Program-made: the position numbers and the translations under genes
Shown here: piece after piece, positions 19,619-39,140 of the stretch
Position numbering within the stretch: position 1 is the first letter of the stretch
Layout: every line of letters begins with the position of its first letter
The notes under the pieces: model-generated
Told to the model about the DNA's origin: nothing
Database searches by the model: none
The model's input: the letters and a program-made list of their open reading frames with translations, nothing else
NCBI GenBank assembly: GCA_039096225.1
Contig: JBBPEB010000030.1
Location: forward strand, 434,001-498,000
DNA: 64,000 bases
Source: Blastocystis sp. Blastoise
Taxonomy: Eukaryota; Protista; Bigyra: Opalinata
Direction of reading: 5' to 3'

Positions 19619-19819
19619 TTAAGCACCAATAATAATATTATTGATAGGAATGTGAACAAGTTTGACAATGTAACCAACGGCACCAAATACTCCAAAACCA
19701 ATGGCAGTAGCAGTAGCGGTTTGAGTGAATTCCTTGCGAGAAGGTTTGGTGCACTTGTTAAGGAGGAATCTAGCTTCCTTAGCATAATCCTTAAGATAAT
19801 TAACGAGGTCAAAAGCCAT
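19619..19819 (-). CDS. SEC61G: Protein translocon subunit Sec61 gamma, intronless
   Basis: KCTKPSRKEF...ATAIGFGVFGAVGYIVKLVHIPINNIIIG. Confidence 0.95.
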   Translation of the reverse strand: MAFDLVNYLKDYAKEARFLLNKCTKPSRKEFTQTATATAIGFGVFGAVGYIVKLVHIPINNIIIGA

Positions 19820-20181
19820 GATGGAACAGAACGAACTTAATACGGAACGAAAAACAATATGAATTTTGTAAATGACATTATAAAATGAAAAAAATAAAAA
19901 AGGATGACACTTCTTATATATGGGCCCTAATTACAATTAAAGAATACTTGTAAAAAGGATATTTTTCTATAGGGTACGGTATTATCTCCATGAAATAGGC
20001 TTTCAGCAACTTTGTTGTCAGTTCTGTTTTTTTGGGATAACAAAATCTCAAGTCATAATGCTGAAAGTTTTATTACAAATAACCGTGGTTTTAAAAGGAG
20101 AATAAAAAATTAAAAAAAGAATCAAATTTTTATGATTATTTGATACTTTATATTGATTTCTATCTTTCTGTTTGAATAAAG

Positions 20182-21046
20182 ATGTCAGCGACTCAGCCTT
20201 TAGCTACTCATGTTGATATAGAGACAACAATGGGAACATTCACATTAGAATTATATTATCAACATGCTCCTAAAACATGCTATAACTTTGCTGCATTAGC
20301 TAAGAAAGGATTTTACGATGGAGTTATTTTTCATAGAATTATTAGTGTATGTATTCATTTGTTTTTTTTTATTTATTTGTTTTTTAAAATTATAAAAGAT
20401 GAATGTTATATTTATTTAATTATTTTATATAGAACTTTATGATTCAAGGTGGTGATCCAACTGGAACTGGCCGTCATTGTGAGTCTATTTGGGGTGGACC
20501 TTTTGAAGATGAAATTACTTCAACACTTAAATTTACTGGTGCTGGTGTTCTTGCTATGGTATATATATGTTTTACATTGATTTAAAATTGATGAATATAT
20601 TTATTTGTTATCTATATATTATTTATATATAATATTTTATTTATTAAGGCTAATTCAGGTCCTAATACGAATGGATGCCAATTCTTTGTTACTCTTGCTC
20701 CTACACCTTGGTTAGAAGGTATATTTTAAAACTATCTCTTTAATATAGAATAGAATTATCAAAAATAAATATTTTTATAATATATATATATATATATATA
20801 ATATTCACATATTATTCTAATGAAATACTAAAATATATGAAATAATAATTAACTCAATAATAAATAACTCAATAATAATAAACTGAATAATTAAGTCAAT
20901 ACTAATTTATAGGAAAACATACTATATTTGGTCGTGTTTCTAGTGGTATGAATATAATTAAACATATGGGTCGTGTTCCTACAGATGCTCAAGATAAACC
21001 TATTTCAGAAATAAAAATACTTCATACTAAAGTGTATTCTATTTAA
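20182..21046 (+). CDS. PPIL1: Cyclophilin-type peptidyl-prolyl isomerase-like 1, 4 exons
   Basis: [66 protein letters not shown]. Confidence 0.9.
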
Positions 21047-21063
21047 AAATTATATAATATAGA

Positions 21064-21105
<42 letters not shown>

Positions 21106-21313
21106 TTTGTTGTTCTTTTTACTTTTTTTCTTTGATGTTGTTTATCTATTCATTATTAATGCTTATAAAAGTTTTGTTAGTTTATTTTTTATTCCAATGA
21201 CACAAAAGTTACTTATCATTAAAATATATTTAACTATTATTTAAAATATAATCAAGACGAGATTCTAGATAGTAACAAAACAAAATAAGTATATTAAAAA
21301 TCGTTTTTAAAAA

Positions 21314-21784
21314 TTATAATTTGTTTTTCTTTGATTCATTTTCTGGGTTTATCATAATTCCTTGAGATGGAGCTAAACACCATATGCCATCTTTGATCGA
21401 ATATATAGTTAAAGAAACATATATTGAATACATTATTCTAATTAATTAGAAAAAAGGATATATATTGAACACCAATAGTTTCAGAAATAACACTAGAGTT
21501 ATCCTTAGACATTGTTAAAGGTTTCTATTAATATAAATAACCTAATAAAAAGATTTGTTGTGAATAAATATACTTTTGTTAGAGGATCAGCAAGTTCTTC
21601 TGGAATATTTTTTTCTATTCAATAATACAATATCTATAAATAACATAAAAAACAAAATACTTGAAGAAAATTTATGAAATAGAGATTTCTCATGTGCACT
21701 TGAAAAAATATTTCGTGAAAAACATATAGGAGAATATTTCACACATTGTTTTAATGTGATTAATTTAATTAAATAAGTTTGCAT
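21314..21784 (-). CDS. PREY/UPF0434 (Trm112-like) small protein with probable organelle-targeting N-terminus, 4 exons
   Basis: Spliced LADPLTKKPL...ISETIGVQYSIKDGIWCLAP resembles the UPF0434 pattern (LxxPxxKxPL...G.xY.I.DGI). The model needs the AT-AT intron at 21401-21461. Confidence 0.65.
21401..21461 (-). other. U12-type intron with AT-AT termini
   Basis: Donor ATATCCTTTT, branch TTCTTTAAC, then TATATAT| joined to TCG ATC AAA GAT GGC (SIKDG). Length 61 nt. Confidence 0.7.
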
Positions 21785-22083
21785 GATGATATTTAAAATT
21801 AAAAATTTTTATTATAAAAAGAAATGTTTTTAAAAAATTAATTTTCATTTTTGTAGAATTCTTTAATACTATTTAATGTTTAAACAAAAAGTCAACAATA
21901 GATATTCATTTAGTTATATCGTTTTATACTTAATAGAAAACAAAACAAAATAAAATAATATAAAGAAAAAAGTTTACAAAAGGAGAAAAGGTAATAAGCT
22001 AACACAAATAAGAAAAGTAAAAGAGATTTTTAAAACAAAGAAAGAAATGAATAAATGTGATATTCGGAATGAAGATTTTTGTT

Positions 22084-23470
22084 TTACTGAGTACTACAAC
22101 CACCTTCTTGAGGACCATGTCTGCCATAGTCATCATCTTCTTCATAAGCTTGATTGTTATCATGATAGTTATCTTGAACAGAATGACCAAATAAACTAGC
22201 ATCACATATTTTCATAGTACAATCGAAATGATTAGGAGCAACTCCTTGTGTAGCAGTATAAGGAGCAGGAGTTTGGAATGAATAATTGAATAAATGAGAT
22301 AAACCATCAACCATAGGAGCTTCAAGTTTATCAGGGAAAGCAACATGGAACCAAATAAATAAATTACCAGCATTAAATTGATTACTTCTTAAAGGCATAC
22401 CTTCTCCTTGAATACAACGAACTTCATTTGGTTTTACTACAGAGCCAGGAGGAGATACAATACGTAATACTCTTCCATCAAGTTGTTCTATTTCTTTTGA
22501 AAAACCACAAAGAGCTTCAGCTAAAGTAATTTCCATATTAATACCAAGATCAGGACCATCACGTTTAAATATCTTATGTTCCTTTACATCTAATTTAAAT
22601 ATAATATCACCAGGAGTACAATCAGGAGCTTCATCAGCCATTCCAGATAAAACAATAGTATCTCCACTCTTCATACCCTTCTCAACAAATACTTCTACTA
22701 CTTTTGTTTCTTTTACTACTTTACTACCATTACATACTTTACATTTTAAAGCATCATTTATAATCTTACCAGTACCTTTACATTTATTACAAGGAGATTG
22801 AGATTGAGAAATCATATTTCCCATTCTTTGAATAATTACACGAACACCACGACCATTACAAGTATCACAAGTCTGTTCACAACCATCAGCACCACCTTTT
22901 CCTTTACATTCTTTACATATTACATTATGAGTAATACGATATTTAGAACTCTTGCCTTTGTAAACATCCTCAAGCTTAACACTAAGAGGTCTTACATCAT
23001 TAGGAGTTCTTTGAGGACCTCTTCTACTTCTACCTCCCATATCACCACCAAACATAGAACTGAAAAGATCTGCAGCATCCATACCACCAGCACCACCACC
23101 ATTTTCTAAACCTTCTTTACCATACTATATATATATATATTTTAGTAATAAATCTATACTATGAATCGTAAAAATAAGAATTAAACTAAAATAATAAAAT
23201 ATATACTTTATCATAAATTTGACGCTTTTCATCATCAGACAATGTTTCATAAGCTTCTGAAACCTTCTTAAACATTTCTGGATCACCACCTCTATCGGGA
23301 TGATACTTTAAAGCTAATTTTCTATAAGCTTTTTTAATTTCGTTAGTGTCAGCATTTTGAGATACGCCTAATATTTCGTAAAACTCTTTGTTGTCGACAT
23401 TCTTTGGGCTTCTGTCCATGCCACCAGGCATGCCTCCAGGCATACCATCAAAAAACGAATTAAAGAACAT
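22084..23470 (-). CDS. DNAJA: Type I DnaJ/Hsp40 (YDJ1/DNAJA-like), 2 exons
   Basis: J domain with HPD, G/F region, four CxxCxGxG-type repeats and a C-terminal CaaX (CSTQ). Confidence 0.95.
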
Positions 23471-23548
23471 GAAATTAGTTTATACACAAAAAAAATATAT
23501 ATTCAAAACCACTACTTTTTGTTTTATTTACAGGTTTTTACATGACAC

Positions 23549-23620
23549 TTTCGAGAATGATGAAACCTCATTCTAGAACATCCTTCTTTTCTAAAATGAA
23601 CGTTTCCAAGGATTTCGAAA
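23549..23620. promoter_or_regulatory. Heat-shock-element-like motifs upstream of DnaJ
   Basis: TTCgaGAA (23550) and TTCtaGAAcaTCC (23571), 80-110 bp upstream of a chaperone gene. Confidence 0.45.
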
Positions 23621-24087
23621 ACTATTTCCACGGGAAAGAAAATGTTGTTTAGTGACTTTTTACAATTTAAATTTCGAGTAAAAAAACAGAAACATTTATA
23701 TATCTAAACAAACATGAATCCTAGTTTTTTTTTAATTCTTTTTATTATTTACTTGATTCTAGAAGTATTTTCTGTTAATAAATAGTAGTTAAATCACTCT
23801 AGATACATTTTTAGCAATAGAGATGAGAAATAATAACTAATGTGCAGTTGTGATTTTTTGTGTATTTTTAGAGTCTAGTTTTCAAATCAATCTGATTCTT
23901 CAGAGAAATATATATACTCTATATAAATATTTTTTTTTTTTGATAGTTTCAAAGTTCATGGGTATCATTATTTTATTGACGAGAGCGCATGATGTATTTA
24001 TGTTGAAATAAGTATTACACGATACTGTAAGCATAGAGGAGAAAACTAAAAAGTAAACAAAAAAAATATTTTTATAGAGTTTTCAAA

Positions 24088-25225
24088 ATGTTGTCTTTAC
24101 AGTCGTGTATATTGAAAAGTTCAACATTTATGCCTTTGACAATATTAAAACGTAATGCATTCTTTATTGTTGATGCTAAATATCAGGATATGCGTTTAGA
24201 TAAGGTTCTCATGAATAAATATGATGCAGTATATTATTTAACTGATATGTTAGGTAATAGTGGTATAGTTAAATTACTCGGATATACAAAAGATGATTCG
24301 TGAAAAGCAAATTCGTCTTCAAAAAATAGATGGAACGTATTCTAATTTGCAATATTGTCATAATTAGACTAATAACTATAGAAAGGAGTTCGAATGTAGT
24401 ACTCATGTGACTATTGGTGACAAAATTCACTATCCAAATCAGCTTGAAGTGAAGAATTCTTCGATGAAAGTGTCGAAGCAGACTAATGAAAAAAACAAGA
24501 TATTAACAAAAAACCTTGTAAGTTTTATTAATTAGTTTTTGGCTTATAAAATATATATATATTTTTATATAGGAGAGTAGTATTAAGAATGATTCATTAT
24601 TTTATAAGGGTCAGAAATATCCTCTATCTACAGTATATGAGGATGAAAATATATTAGTAATTAATAAACCTGCTGGAATACCTTCACAAGTATATATATA
24701 TTAACATTATTTTGTGGAATAGAATTCGTGTTTTTTTCTTCTCTATATTCTATATAAGATAGGGTGGTAAAAATCAAGATATTAATATAGTATCTATATA
24801 TCAATATATTACTCAGAATAATAAACTCAAATTACTTCATAGACTCGATAAAGTATACTATATACGTTTAATATATATGTGTTTATATATATATTTTATT
24901 ATTTTTGTAATTTTTATATTATTATTATTATTATTATTATATAATTATAGAGTGTATCTGGTCTACAAATATTATGTAAATCATCTGATCCTTCATTTTA
25001 TAATGCATTATATGACCTTTTCCGATCGAATTCCATAAAGAAAACTTATATTGGTTGTGTTATGAATTGTACTATGAATCAACATATTACAAATATTCCT
25101 ATTTATATACAAGGAAAAGAAGGAATTATTAATACTCCTATTATTGTATATATTTATATATTAATATATTTATATATTTATATATAGGATTCACATACAA
25201 AGAAAGAAAAGTCATCCATAACAAA

Positions 25226-25270
<45 letters not shown>

Positions 25271-26003
25271 CACTTCATTCTTCTTCTTTTTATTATATAT
25301 TATAGTTATAAAGTTCTGTCAAGTCTTCCTCCGTTCTCTCTTCTTGAAATCGACTTGAAAACAGGTAGAAAACATCAGGTATATTATTATAGATTATATA
25401 GATCTAATAGTATATGCATATATATTGACAGTTAAAAATGAATATATATAAAGTAATCTATATGATTTATAATAAATATGATAAACACATTATACTTTTA
25501 TATAACTATATTTGTATAGATTCGTGAACATTTATCTAGTTATCTCTCTGCACCAGTATATAATGATAAGTTATATTATCCTTCATCTATTCCTATTCTC
25601 AATAATATTAATACTCTCTCAAGACTCTATAACTTAGGTATATATAATAATAATAATAATATGAATTCTTTATTAAATTCACTTTTTTTATATATCATAT
25701 ATATATAGTGAATTCATTATTATATTAAATATATATATATTCATATTCATCATTCTCTAGATCCTAAAACAGCATTTCGTATAAATACATATAAAGGAAT
25801 ATATCTTCATTGTTCTTCAATCTCATTTGATCTACTTAATAAACACTATCAAGTATTTATTATATATATATATATATGTTTTACTATTATTATATACATA
25901 GTTTATATCACCACTTCCTGAACCTTTTCAACTTTTTGTGAATTCATTTATTAAATATGATGAGAAAAACTGTATTCCAAGTATTTATTTTAATAAAAAA
26001 TAA
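24088..26003 (+). CDS. RluA/RluC/RluD-family pseudouridine synthase, probably organelle-targeted, 11 exons
   Basis: MRLDK (S4-like), YEDENILVINKPAGIPSQ, catalytic LHRLDKSVSG, KTYIG, TGRKHQIREHL and IYLHC. Confidence 0.9.
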
Positions 26004-26257
26004 TATTAAATATTGTTTTATTTATTGTTTATTCTATATGTACTTGCTCTTTTTATATGTTTTTCTGTATTGTTGACATTCAAGCACATTATTCTATTCA
26101 CACTTATTAAATAATTTTTCAATTACAACTGATATTGACTAAGTAATATTTAAAAAAAGTATGTGAATTATCATATTATCACTTTGTAAAGAAACGTTAA
26201 TAAACAAATGAATAAACAAATAGTAAACAGATAAACTTAAAATAGAAAATAGTACTA

Positions 26258-30796
<4,539 letters not shown>

Positions 30797-31187
30797 TCTT
30801 AATTATCTAAATGTATAAATCAGCAAATATCATCAAGAGAATCACAAAAGTCTCTTTTTCCAAAACTTGTATATTTTGGCGGGTATATTTGAATGAAGCA
30901 ATTCAAACTAATTAAGTCATTCTTAATTATTTCTCAGTTAACTGAAGTAATATTTTGTTGAGTATTTAAGTCGTTTATAAAGAATCACAATTATATCCAA
31001 CAAAATAAATGATTCAAAGAAATGAGAACCGTGGAAATTCATGTAGACTTCCTTGTTTTTTTATATAAAGTTGAGAATTTTCAAAAAAAGAAAATAAGAC
31101 AGTTTTGTATTCGTACTATACTAATAAATCGATTGTTTGTTATTTCTTATTACGTTTGGATCGGTGTTATTGGTTATCTAGATATAT

Positions 31188-33113
31188 ATGTTGCAAAGAA
31201 ATCGACGTTTAAAAAAAGGCAAGCCAGATCCAACACCTGTTGTTGTTCCAAAATCAAAGCCTGTTCCAGTAGAACCAGTAGAACAACCGGAGCCTAAGAA
31301 GGAATTGAAAAATGAGCTTACTGTATTGTTTCCACCAATAAGTTCCTCAGAAATTCCTTTTTTCCAGGACTCACTAAAACATCCTGTCGTGATATCAAGT
31401 CTGGAAAAGTTTCTAATATCGTATGACCATTTTGCTCCTCTTTGGTTTTTCTATTTTATGGTTTTGTGCTTCATGTACTTTTTTATGTTTGAATTTGTAT
31501 ATATATTTTATTTATTGAAATTATACTTTGATATTGTGGTGGTTTTATATATATATATTTTTGTGTATTTAAAATAATCTGAAGAAATATGGATTAGAAT
31601 TCTTTTAATAGTTAAATATATTATATATTCATTTTATATTAATAGCATTTATTCTATAGTCTTTATGTATCCCTGAAATGAGTTCTTTGATTGTTATTTT
31701 TATATTCATATCCCTCCATATTTTTAGAGGTGGGAAATCCTATAATATTCATTCTACTGATTTTCCCCTCCTTGTTATTATTCTCTTTCTTTCTATTCTT
31801 GTTAGTATATTATGTTTTTGTATGTATGCTATGAATCAACAATATTCTTCAAGTAGATCTCCTATGCTTCTTTTATGGTATTTATTTATCATATTTATAT
31901 ACTATATAAATAATTATAATCATGTTTTTTTTTTAATTTTTTAATTTTTCTTTCATATTTTTTTTTAAATCATTAATTTTTCTTTCATGTTTTTTTAGTA
32001 TACTTTCTATTTGGTATTCTCTATTTTGTTTATACTGTATATTTACATGTGATCTTTTAAATTATTATTTACTCTCTATATATAGTTTAATTCCATTTTT
32101 AATTGAATTTCAGCATTATTCAGATTTCTTAGCCGATCTATTATATCATACAATAAGTGTGGTTATTGTTTGCGATTTAATGATTCTCTATGTGTACTTT
32201 AATTTCGAATTTTATGTATATATATATTATTTTTAGTATTATTTATTTTATTCTCTTTAATTAAATGTTATTATTTTTTTTTTAGTCTTATTTTTTTATA
32301 TACATTATTATTAATAATATATAGTATGAGTTTGGTACATTTCATAGATGGAATGAGTTTATAGATATAGTATGTGTATGTAGTTTACTCTTATATGTAT
32401 CTACACTTCTTCATTGGTTTAACTATGCACATGATGCACTTACTGTATATATATATTATTTATATATAATCTAAATATAAATTTTTATCTGTTATTTTAA
32501 TTATAAATTTTTATTTTTATTTTAAATATAAATTCTAGTCAATTATGATTTATATGCTATTATTCATATATATTATTATAATACTATTATTCATATATAT
32601 TACTATAATACTATAATAATATATATATAGTATCAAGGTTGTTGGACTATATTCAATCCATCCTATTTGGATTGTAATATTGGTATTATTGATAAGTGGA
32701 GTCCCGCGGTTATTTATACTTGCGGAGCAATTGTAGACTATAAAAATAAACTATATATAGCTGTAGGCGCATATAATCGTGGTTATCCTGATTCTTTTAT
32801 TGACAGAGCTTTATATAAAATGTTGTCGAATCCATTAGTTATTTATTATTATTTAATTTATGGAGAACTTGGTGTGCTACTTACTTTTATTATTAATATC
32901 TATTTTGAAGAAGATCCTGTATATATGTTTTTATTTATTTATAATATCAATATCTTTATACTCACTATTTTTTAATCTTTTATTTTTTAGTTTCCTGCTA
33001 TGGTCTATTGCATTTTAATTTCATATGTTCTATTGATGACATTCAAACAATATAATGAAACGATGAAGAAATATTCTATTTCAGGAATTCAAGCATTCTT
33101 AGAAAAACCCTAA
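31188..33113 (+). CDS. TMEM39: TMEM39-like multi-pass membrane protein
   Basis: Hydrophobic exons. YQGCW...WSPAVIYTCGAIVDYKNKLYIAVGAYNRGYP..LYKMLSNP resembles the TMEM39 cytosolic domain. Internal exon boundaries were not fully resolved. Confidence 0.65.
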
Positions 33114-33629
33114 TTCTTTCTTATTTTTCTCATTTATTTTTATTTGGTTGTACTACTTATTGTTTATAATTATGCTCTTCTTGTATTTATTCTACAAATA
33201 AACTTTTCTATTATTATGTTGATTTTTATGATTGTTTCATTTTTAATTATTTTGTTCTGAATGTTTTCTTTTCGTTTATTCGTTCCCGACGTATTTCAGA
33301 TTGAAAGTATACTTATAAACTTCAAAATATCAATTTATGGAAGACTTTCAGTACAAATTTATTTAGTGACTATATTCTATTTTAATTTTCTTTGATATCA
33401 CATTGTTTTCTTCTTAATATTCAGTTTTTAAAACATAAAGAAAAGATAAGCATGATGTAAATGAAAAAAAACAAATCTACTATTGTGTTTACGGGAATTT
33501 TCTTGTCAGAAGAGACAAAAACGATAAAAATCAAGAAGAATACGAAATCTTTTTTCTAAGAAACACATCTATTTCACCGTTCACATTGTATTTTTTTGCA
33601 TTTCAGTAAATAATTTATAATAGATAGAG

Positions 33630-36600
33630 ATGGAACAACATCAAGAAGAGCATAGAGAACTTATAGATTCTGATACTAATGTTACATCAGCAGAAAATCA
33701 TCAAGATGGTAAAAATATGTCAATTCAATCAGAAAACAATTCATTACTTGAAAAATCGGCTGAAATAGATAATAATTCCAATAATACTGATGCTAAAGAT
33801 ATTAAGGATAGTCAGACAAACGAAAAAGAAAGTAGTGGTAAAGAAATAAAAGAGAATTCTATGACAAAACTGGCTTTTGTTCTTGATGATGAAAAAATCA
33901 ACTCTTCGTTACAAAAAGAGCTTCTTGATTCCAGATTGTATTTTATTTTGTTTCAGATATTCCATAATCATGTATTTATAGAAAGATTCAAGAACTTGAG
34001 TTAAAGTTGAAAGAATATGAACAACGTATTTTTTATAATCATTATTAGCATTTATAATCATAAATATATATGTATATAGAGAATATCGAACAATATATTC
34101 AAAAGATAAATGTACTCATTCAAAAGAATGAATCACTTCAAGATATTTCTCAACGGTATTATAGTTATATATATATAATTTATTTATATAGAATTAAAGA
34201 AGAATCACAAGAAGAGATTAATAAATTGACAGTAGAGAATCAACTTTGTATATATAGATAGATTTTATAATGTTTATTATTATAATTATTATATTGTTTA
34301 TTAATAGTTATGTTTTAATAATATTTATAATAATATTTATAATAATATTTATAATAATATTTATTATAATATTTATTATAATATTTATTATAAGAATTAT
34401 TTATATAGTAAATAATCAATGTGAATCTCAGAAACAATATATTCAAGAGAAAGAGGCCTCTGGAATATCAATTCAGTCAACTATTCTTGATTTAGAAAGT
34501 CAAATTAAGACATTAAAAGAAGAATCTGAAAAATATATTCAGTCCTATCAAGTATATATATATATATATAATCATTATTAAAATAATTTTTATTTATTGT
34601 TAAATATATTTTCTTTATTCATATATACTCCGTTTTTATTTATTTATATAGATTGAAAAAGCAAAAAATAGTTCATTAATAAATTCATTAGATGAAGCGA
34701 ATCTGAAATTAACTGAAAAAAGTACTCAATTCTCTATTCTTCAACAACAATATATATCTCTTCAAAATACATTAAATACTCAGACTGCTGTGATTCCTCA
34801 TAATAATAATCAACAGAATCAAACGAATAATAATCAAATGAATTATGAATATATTATGAATGAAATGAAACAATTAGAATCAATATATAATGAAAAGAAA
34901 ACTGATTTTGAAAAGAAAGAATCACAATGGGTATAAATTGTTATTATTTTATATTTTTTTTTATTATATTTATTATTATTATATTTATTATTATTATATT
35001 TATTATTATTATATTTATTATATTTATTATATTTATTATATTTATTATTTTTATTATTTTTATTATTTTTATTATTTTTATTATATTTATTATATTTATT
35101 ATATTTATTATATTTATTATATTTATTATATGTATAGAAAGTAATAGAGAATGAATATATAAATAAAAATAACCGACTTAATCAAGAATTGGTTGAATTA
35201 AATAAAAAATATCTTCAACAACAAAATCAATTTAGTATATATATATATATATAATATATAGTTTTATTATTATTATTTTTTTTTATTTCATATATACATC
35301 TATATATAGATGTGAAGCTTAATGAAGTAACTAAATCTGTAAATGTATATAAAGTTCAAGTTGAAGAATATAAGTTGAAACATACTATAACTAATAATGA
35401 ATTTACTTATTCACAATATACTGAATTAGAAACCAAATATAATAAAATTATTCTTGAATGTATATATAAATATATATAAATATATAAATATATATCAATA
35501 TATAAATATATATAAACATATATATAGTCAGAGATAAAGAAGCGAATTACTCAAAGACCATTCATGAGCAAAAAGACCAAGTAAATACTATATATATATT
35601 ATTATATATTATTCTATATTATTATATAGATTCAATCTCTCACAGAATCTGTATCTAAATACCGCGATCAATTGCGCGCCATGGAAAATGCATTGATGAC
35701 GCATGAAGACTCTAAACATCAGTCAAATACTATCAATATTGAAGAACAATTCTTTAAAGTATGTTTATTATATTTATATGTTTCTATTTTATTACATTCT
35801 CTCTTTTTTTTTAAAGTTATTGCCTATATTTTATTTTTATTATTTTTATATAGATGTGTAGTGTTTATGAAGATATTCCAATTCCAGTGGGAATCCCTGC
35901 TAGAAAAGGAGATGATCCAGAATTGAAAGTATATTTGGTTTTTTTTTTCTATATATATGTATAAAATCTATTTTTTTTTTTGATATTTTTTTCATATATT
36001 ATTTTAATTGTTATGTGTATAGTTATTATTATCTTCATTGACACCTTCTTTGAAGCAAGAGATTTCAAGCTGGAGTAGTAATCTACAAAAGAAAGTATAA
36101 TCATCTCTTTATATTACTTTTATTTATATACATATTATTATTATTATATATAGTCTTTTGATACGATATCTTTATGCCATCTTACGAATATTCCTGAAAA
36201 AGTAAATTATATTATTATTTATATATTTATATATATTACAAATAACCTAGCTATATACACAAATTTGTACCATTTTATTACCTTATTTTAATACTTTCCA
36301 AAACTACGAAATCAAGGCAGAAAGCAAAAAGCAATATACATTCACTTATGGTAATACATTGATTCTTGTTTCTTTATTTACATTTATATATCATTATGAT
36401 TATATTTATAATTCTTATTCATATTATTATTGGAACTTTTTTGTTTATTATTATTCTAATTATTATATTATTTTTATTATTATTATGTTTATTGTTATTC
36501 TTATTATATATTATAATTCTAGATATTCAATTGATTCCTATTCCAAAGTTTTCATTCCCTGAAGCGAGTCCTATTGCTATAAATGTCTCTCAACCTGCCG

Positions 36601-36651
36601 TCAACACACCATCTCTCAACTATGAACAAACACAAGAAGCTCTTCCGTATA

Positions 36652-36706
<55 letters not shown>

Positions 36707-36754
36707 TGTTATTATTCATATTATTATTATTATTCATATTATTATTACTATTCA

Positions 36755-36816
<62 letters not shown>

Positions 36817-36958
36817 TTTTTATTTATCCATTCCTTTTATATAGAGAGAAAAGTGTCACACAAGCTCATGAAAAACTTATTTTTTTTTATCATTATAAAT
36901 ATTATTCTATTATATCTATTTATATATAGCAAAGAAATTCTGGAAATGGAATAATTAA
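33630..36958 (+). CDS. Coiled-coil protein of unknown function, about 15 exons, 3' end uncertain
   Basis: Consistent GT-AG chain giving E/K/Q-rich heptad sequence. The last exon choice is ambiguous (stop at 36929, 36958 or about 37025). Confidence 0.7.
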
Positions 36959-37293
36959 TGTTTTCTCTTTCATGATTCCTTTTCATTATTATAGTTTCTT
37001 GTTTTATTATCTATGTTTACTTTAGAATACCTATTCGTTGTTTTCCTCTTTTTTTTAGTTACTATTTCTTCTTTTCTCCACAATATCATACTACTTATTT
37101 CATATTACAAACTACTTTATATATACTCTTTTTGCCACTATTCTATCTTATGAATAAACTAGTCAACATGAATCATATATAGTTTCAATATATATATAAA
37201 TATATATGTTATTTTTAATGAATAGAGTCAGTTCTTTAAAGAAAACGAGAGATAACGAAGACAATAAGTTTTATTTTGAATATTCGTAAACCT

Positions 37294-39140
37294 ATGGAGG
37301 AAATACTGGAACCAAGTATTACAGAGCAACAAGAAACTCTTGAACAGTCATTAGAGAGAAAATTGAAAGAATCCGAAACGAAATATGAAACATTGAAATC
37401 ATCCATGAGACGACAACTTGATGAACTTAGTTCTGAGAATTTAGAGCTGAAAAAGCAACTTGAAGAAGCATATGAGACAATAGCAGTGTATAAAGCAACT
37501 TATGACCCTGTAGAAACAAATAAGTGTGACTCCTCAAACATAGTTGACGATGTTTCCATCTGCGATTCTGTTCCATTTCAAGAATTACGTCACACTTTTA
37601 CTTATTCTGAAGGTTTGAAAAGCAATTTATTATCTTGCTTGTTAATTCCTGAAGAACCACAGTTGATTCTTGTTTCAGATGCATTAAAAAACTTATATTT
37701 GATAGATCAAAATACAAATAGTTGTTTATCAACTTTATCTTTTTCTGCTCCATGTATATCTATGATATCAAGTAGACATGATCATATTATACTCTGTGGA
37801 TGCATGGATGGATATATTCGACTTGTACAAATTAAAAAAGAAAATTCTCAAGAGTTGTGTGTATGTTATCCTATTATTATTATTATTATACATATTATTA
37901 TTATAATTGATTTATTATTATTATTATATATTTTTTTATTACTATATTTTCTTTAATATTCTTATATATAGTTACTTGATGAATATAAATATCATGTGAA
38001 ATATATATATAAGGTTGTAGAAAGTGAATATCATAATTTATATGCATGTGCGTCATATGATAATACTGTTTCTCTATTTAAGTATATATATATATAGTGG
38101 ATATATAATAACTTTTATAATTCTTATTCATGTCATTATATATTATACTATTAATAGAGTTCTAACAAATTTATAACAAATTCACATATAAATATCATAT
38201 TTTAAATGTTACATATATATAGATTTGGAGAAAATAATAAATTAGAATTAATCAAGTCTTTTTATTTTCAACATTTACCTCAATCTTTAGGATTTATTTA
38301 TAATCCTAGTTTATATAATAATGAAGAGAAATATCTCAACATTAGTGATAAAAATAATAAGGAAACATACCCTGAATTAGTAATATATGAAACAGAAAGT
38401 ACATTTTTATATTATATTAATTGTGTCACTTATGAACATGAAAAAGTATATTATACTTTATATTATTATATATTAGAAAATAATGATATCATTTATTTAA
38501 TCTAAATATATAATATATATATAGAATCTAAATATAGAATCTAAATATATAATATATATATAATCTAAATATAATATATAAATATAGATATCAATCAATG
38601 ATCATGAATGGGATTCTCATCATTCTTTCAATATATTGGATATCTATATAAGTAACTACACTCATAGTCTATATTGCGCTACAGATAAAAATAAAATAAT
38701 TATCTTCCATTATAAGTCATCAAAACATATATATATATATATAGATTAACTAATATAAATTATTATTTTTAATTACATTTTTCTAATATTTAATATATAT
38801 ATTTTTTTTTCTTTCTTCTATCCTTTTTATTTATATATAGATATATACTGTATATGGTATTGAATCCGGTCCATTATTTAATCCTCGTGTCTTCCTTGAT
38901 CAATCTCATAAATATATTATATATACTTGCGATGTAACAAATTCTGTGAATATTTTTTCTACTGTTACACAGCAACAAGTTCAACTCTTACAAAATCATT
39001 TAGCTACTGTATATATATTTGTAATTTTATTTGATATTTTCTTTACTATTATTTAGATACGAAATGCAGATTATGACTCTAAGAATCATCGATTAGTGAC
39101 TTGTTCTTTCGATAAAAGTATATGTCTATATGAATGTTAA
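37294..39140 (+). CDS. WD40-repeat protein with N-terminal coiled coil, 6 exons
   Basis: LCGCMDGYIRL, ACASYDNTVSL, ISINDHEWDSHHSFNILD, CATDKNKI and VTCSFDKSICLY. One junction is non-canonical (38729-38840). Confidence 0.8.

Noticed and set aside
36846-37025. Another non-canonical donor (TTATTTT) or a tail-anchor exon in the coiled-coil gene
   Set aside because: Canonical GT donors and a no-intron reading are also possible, so it cannot be decided from DNA alone.
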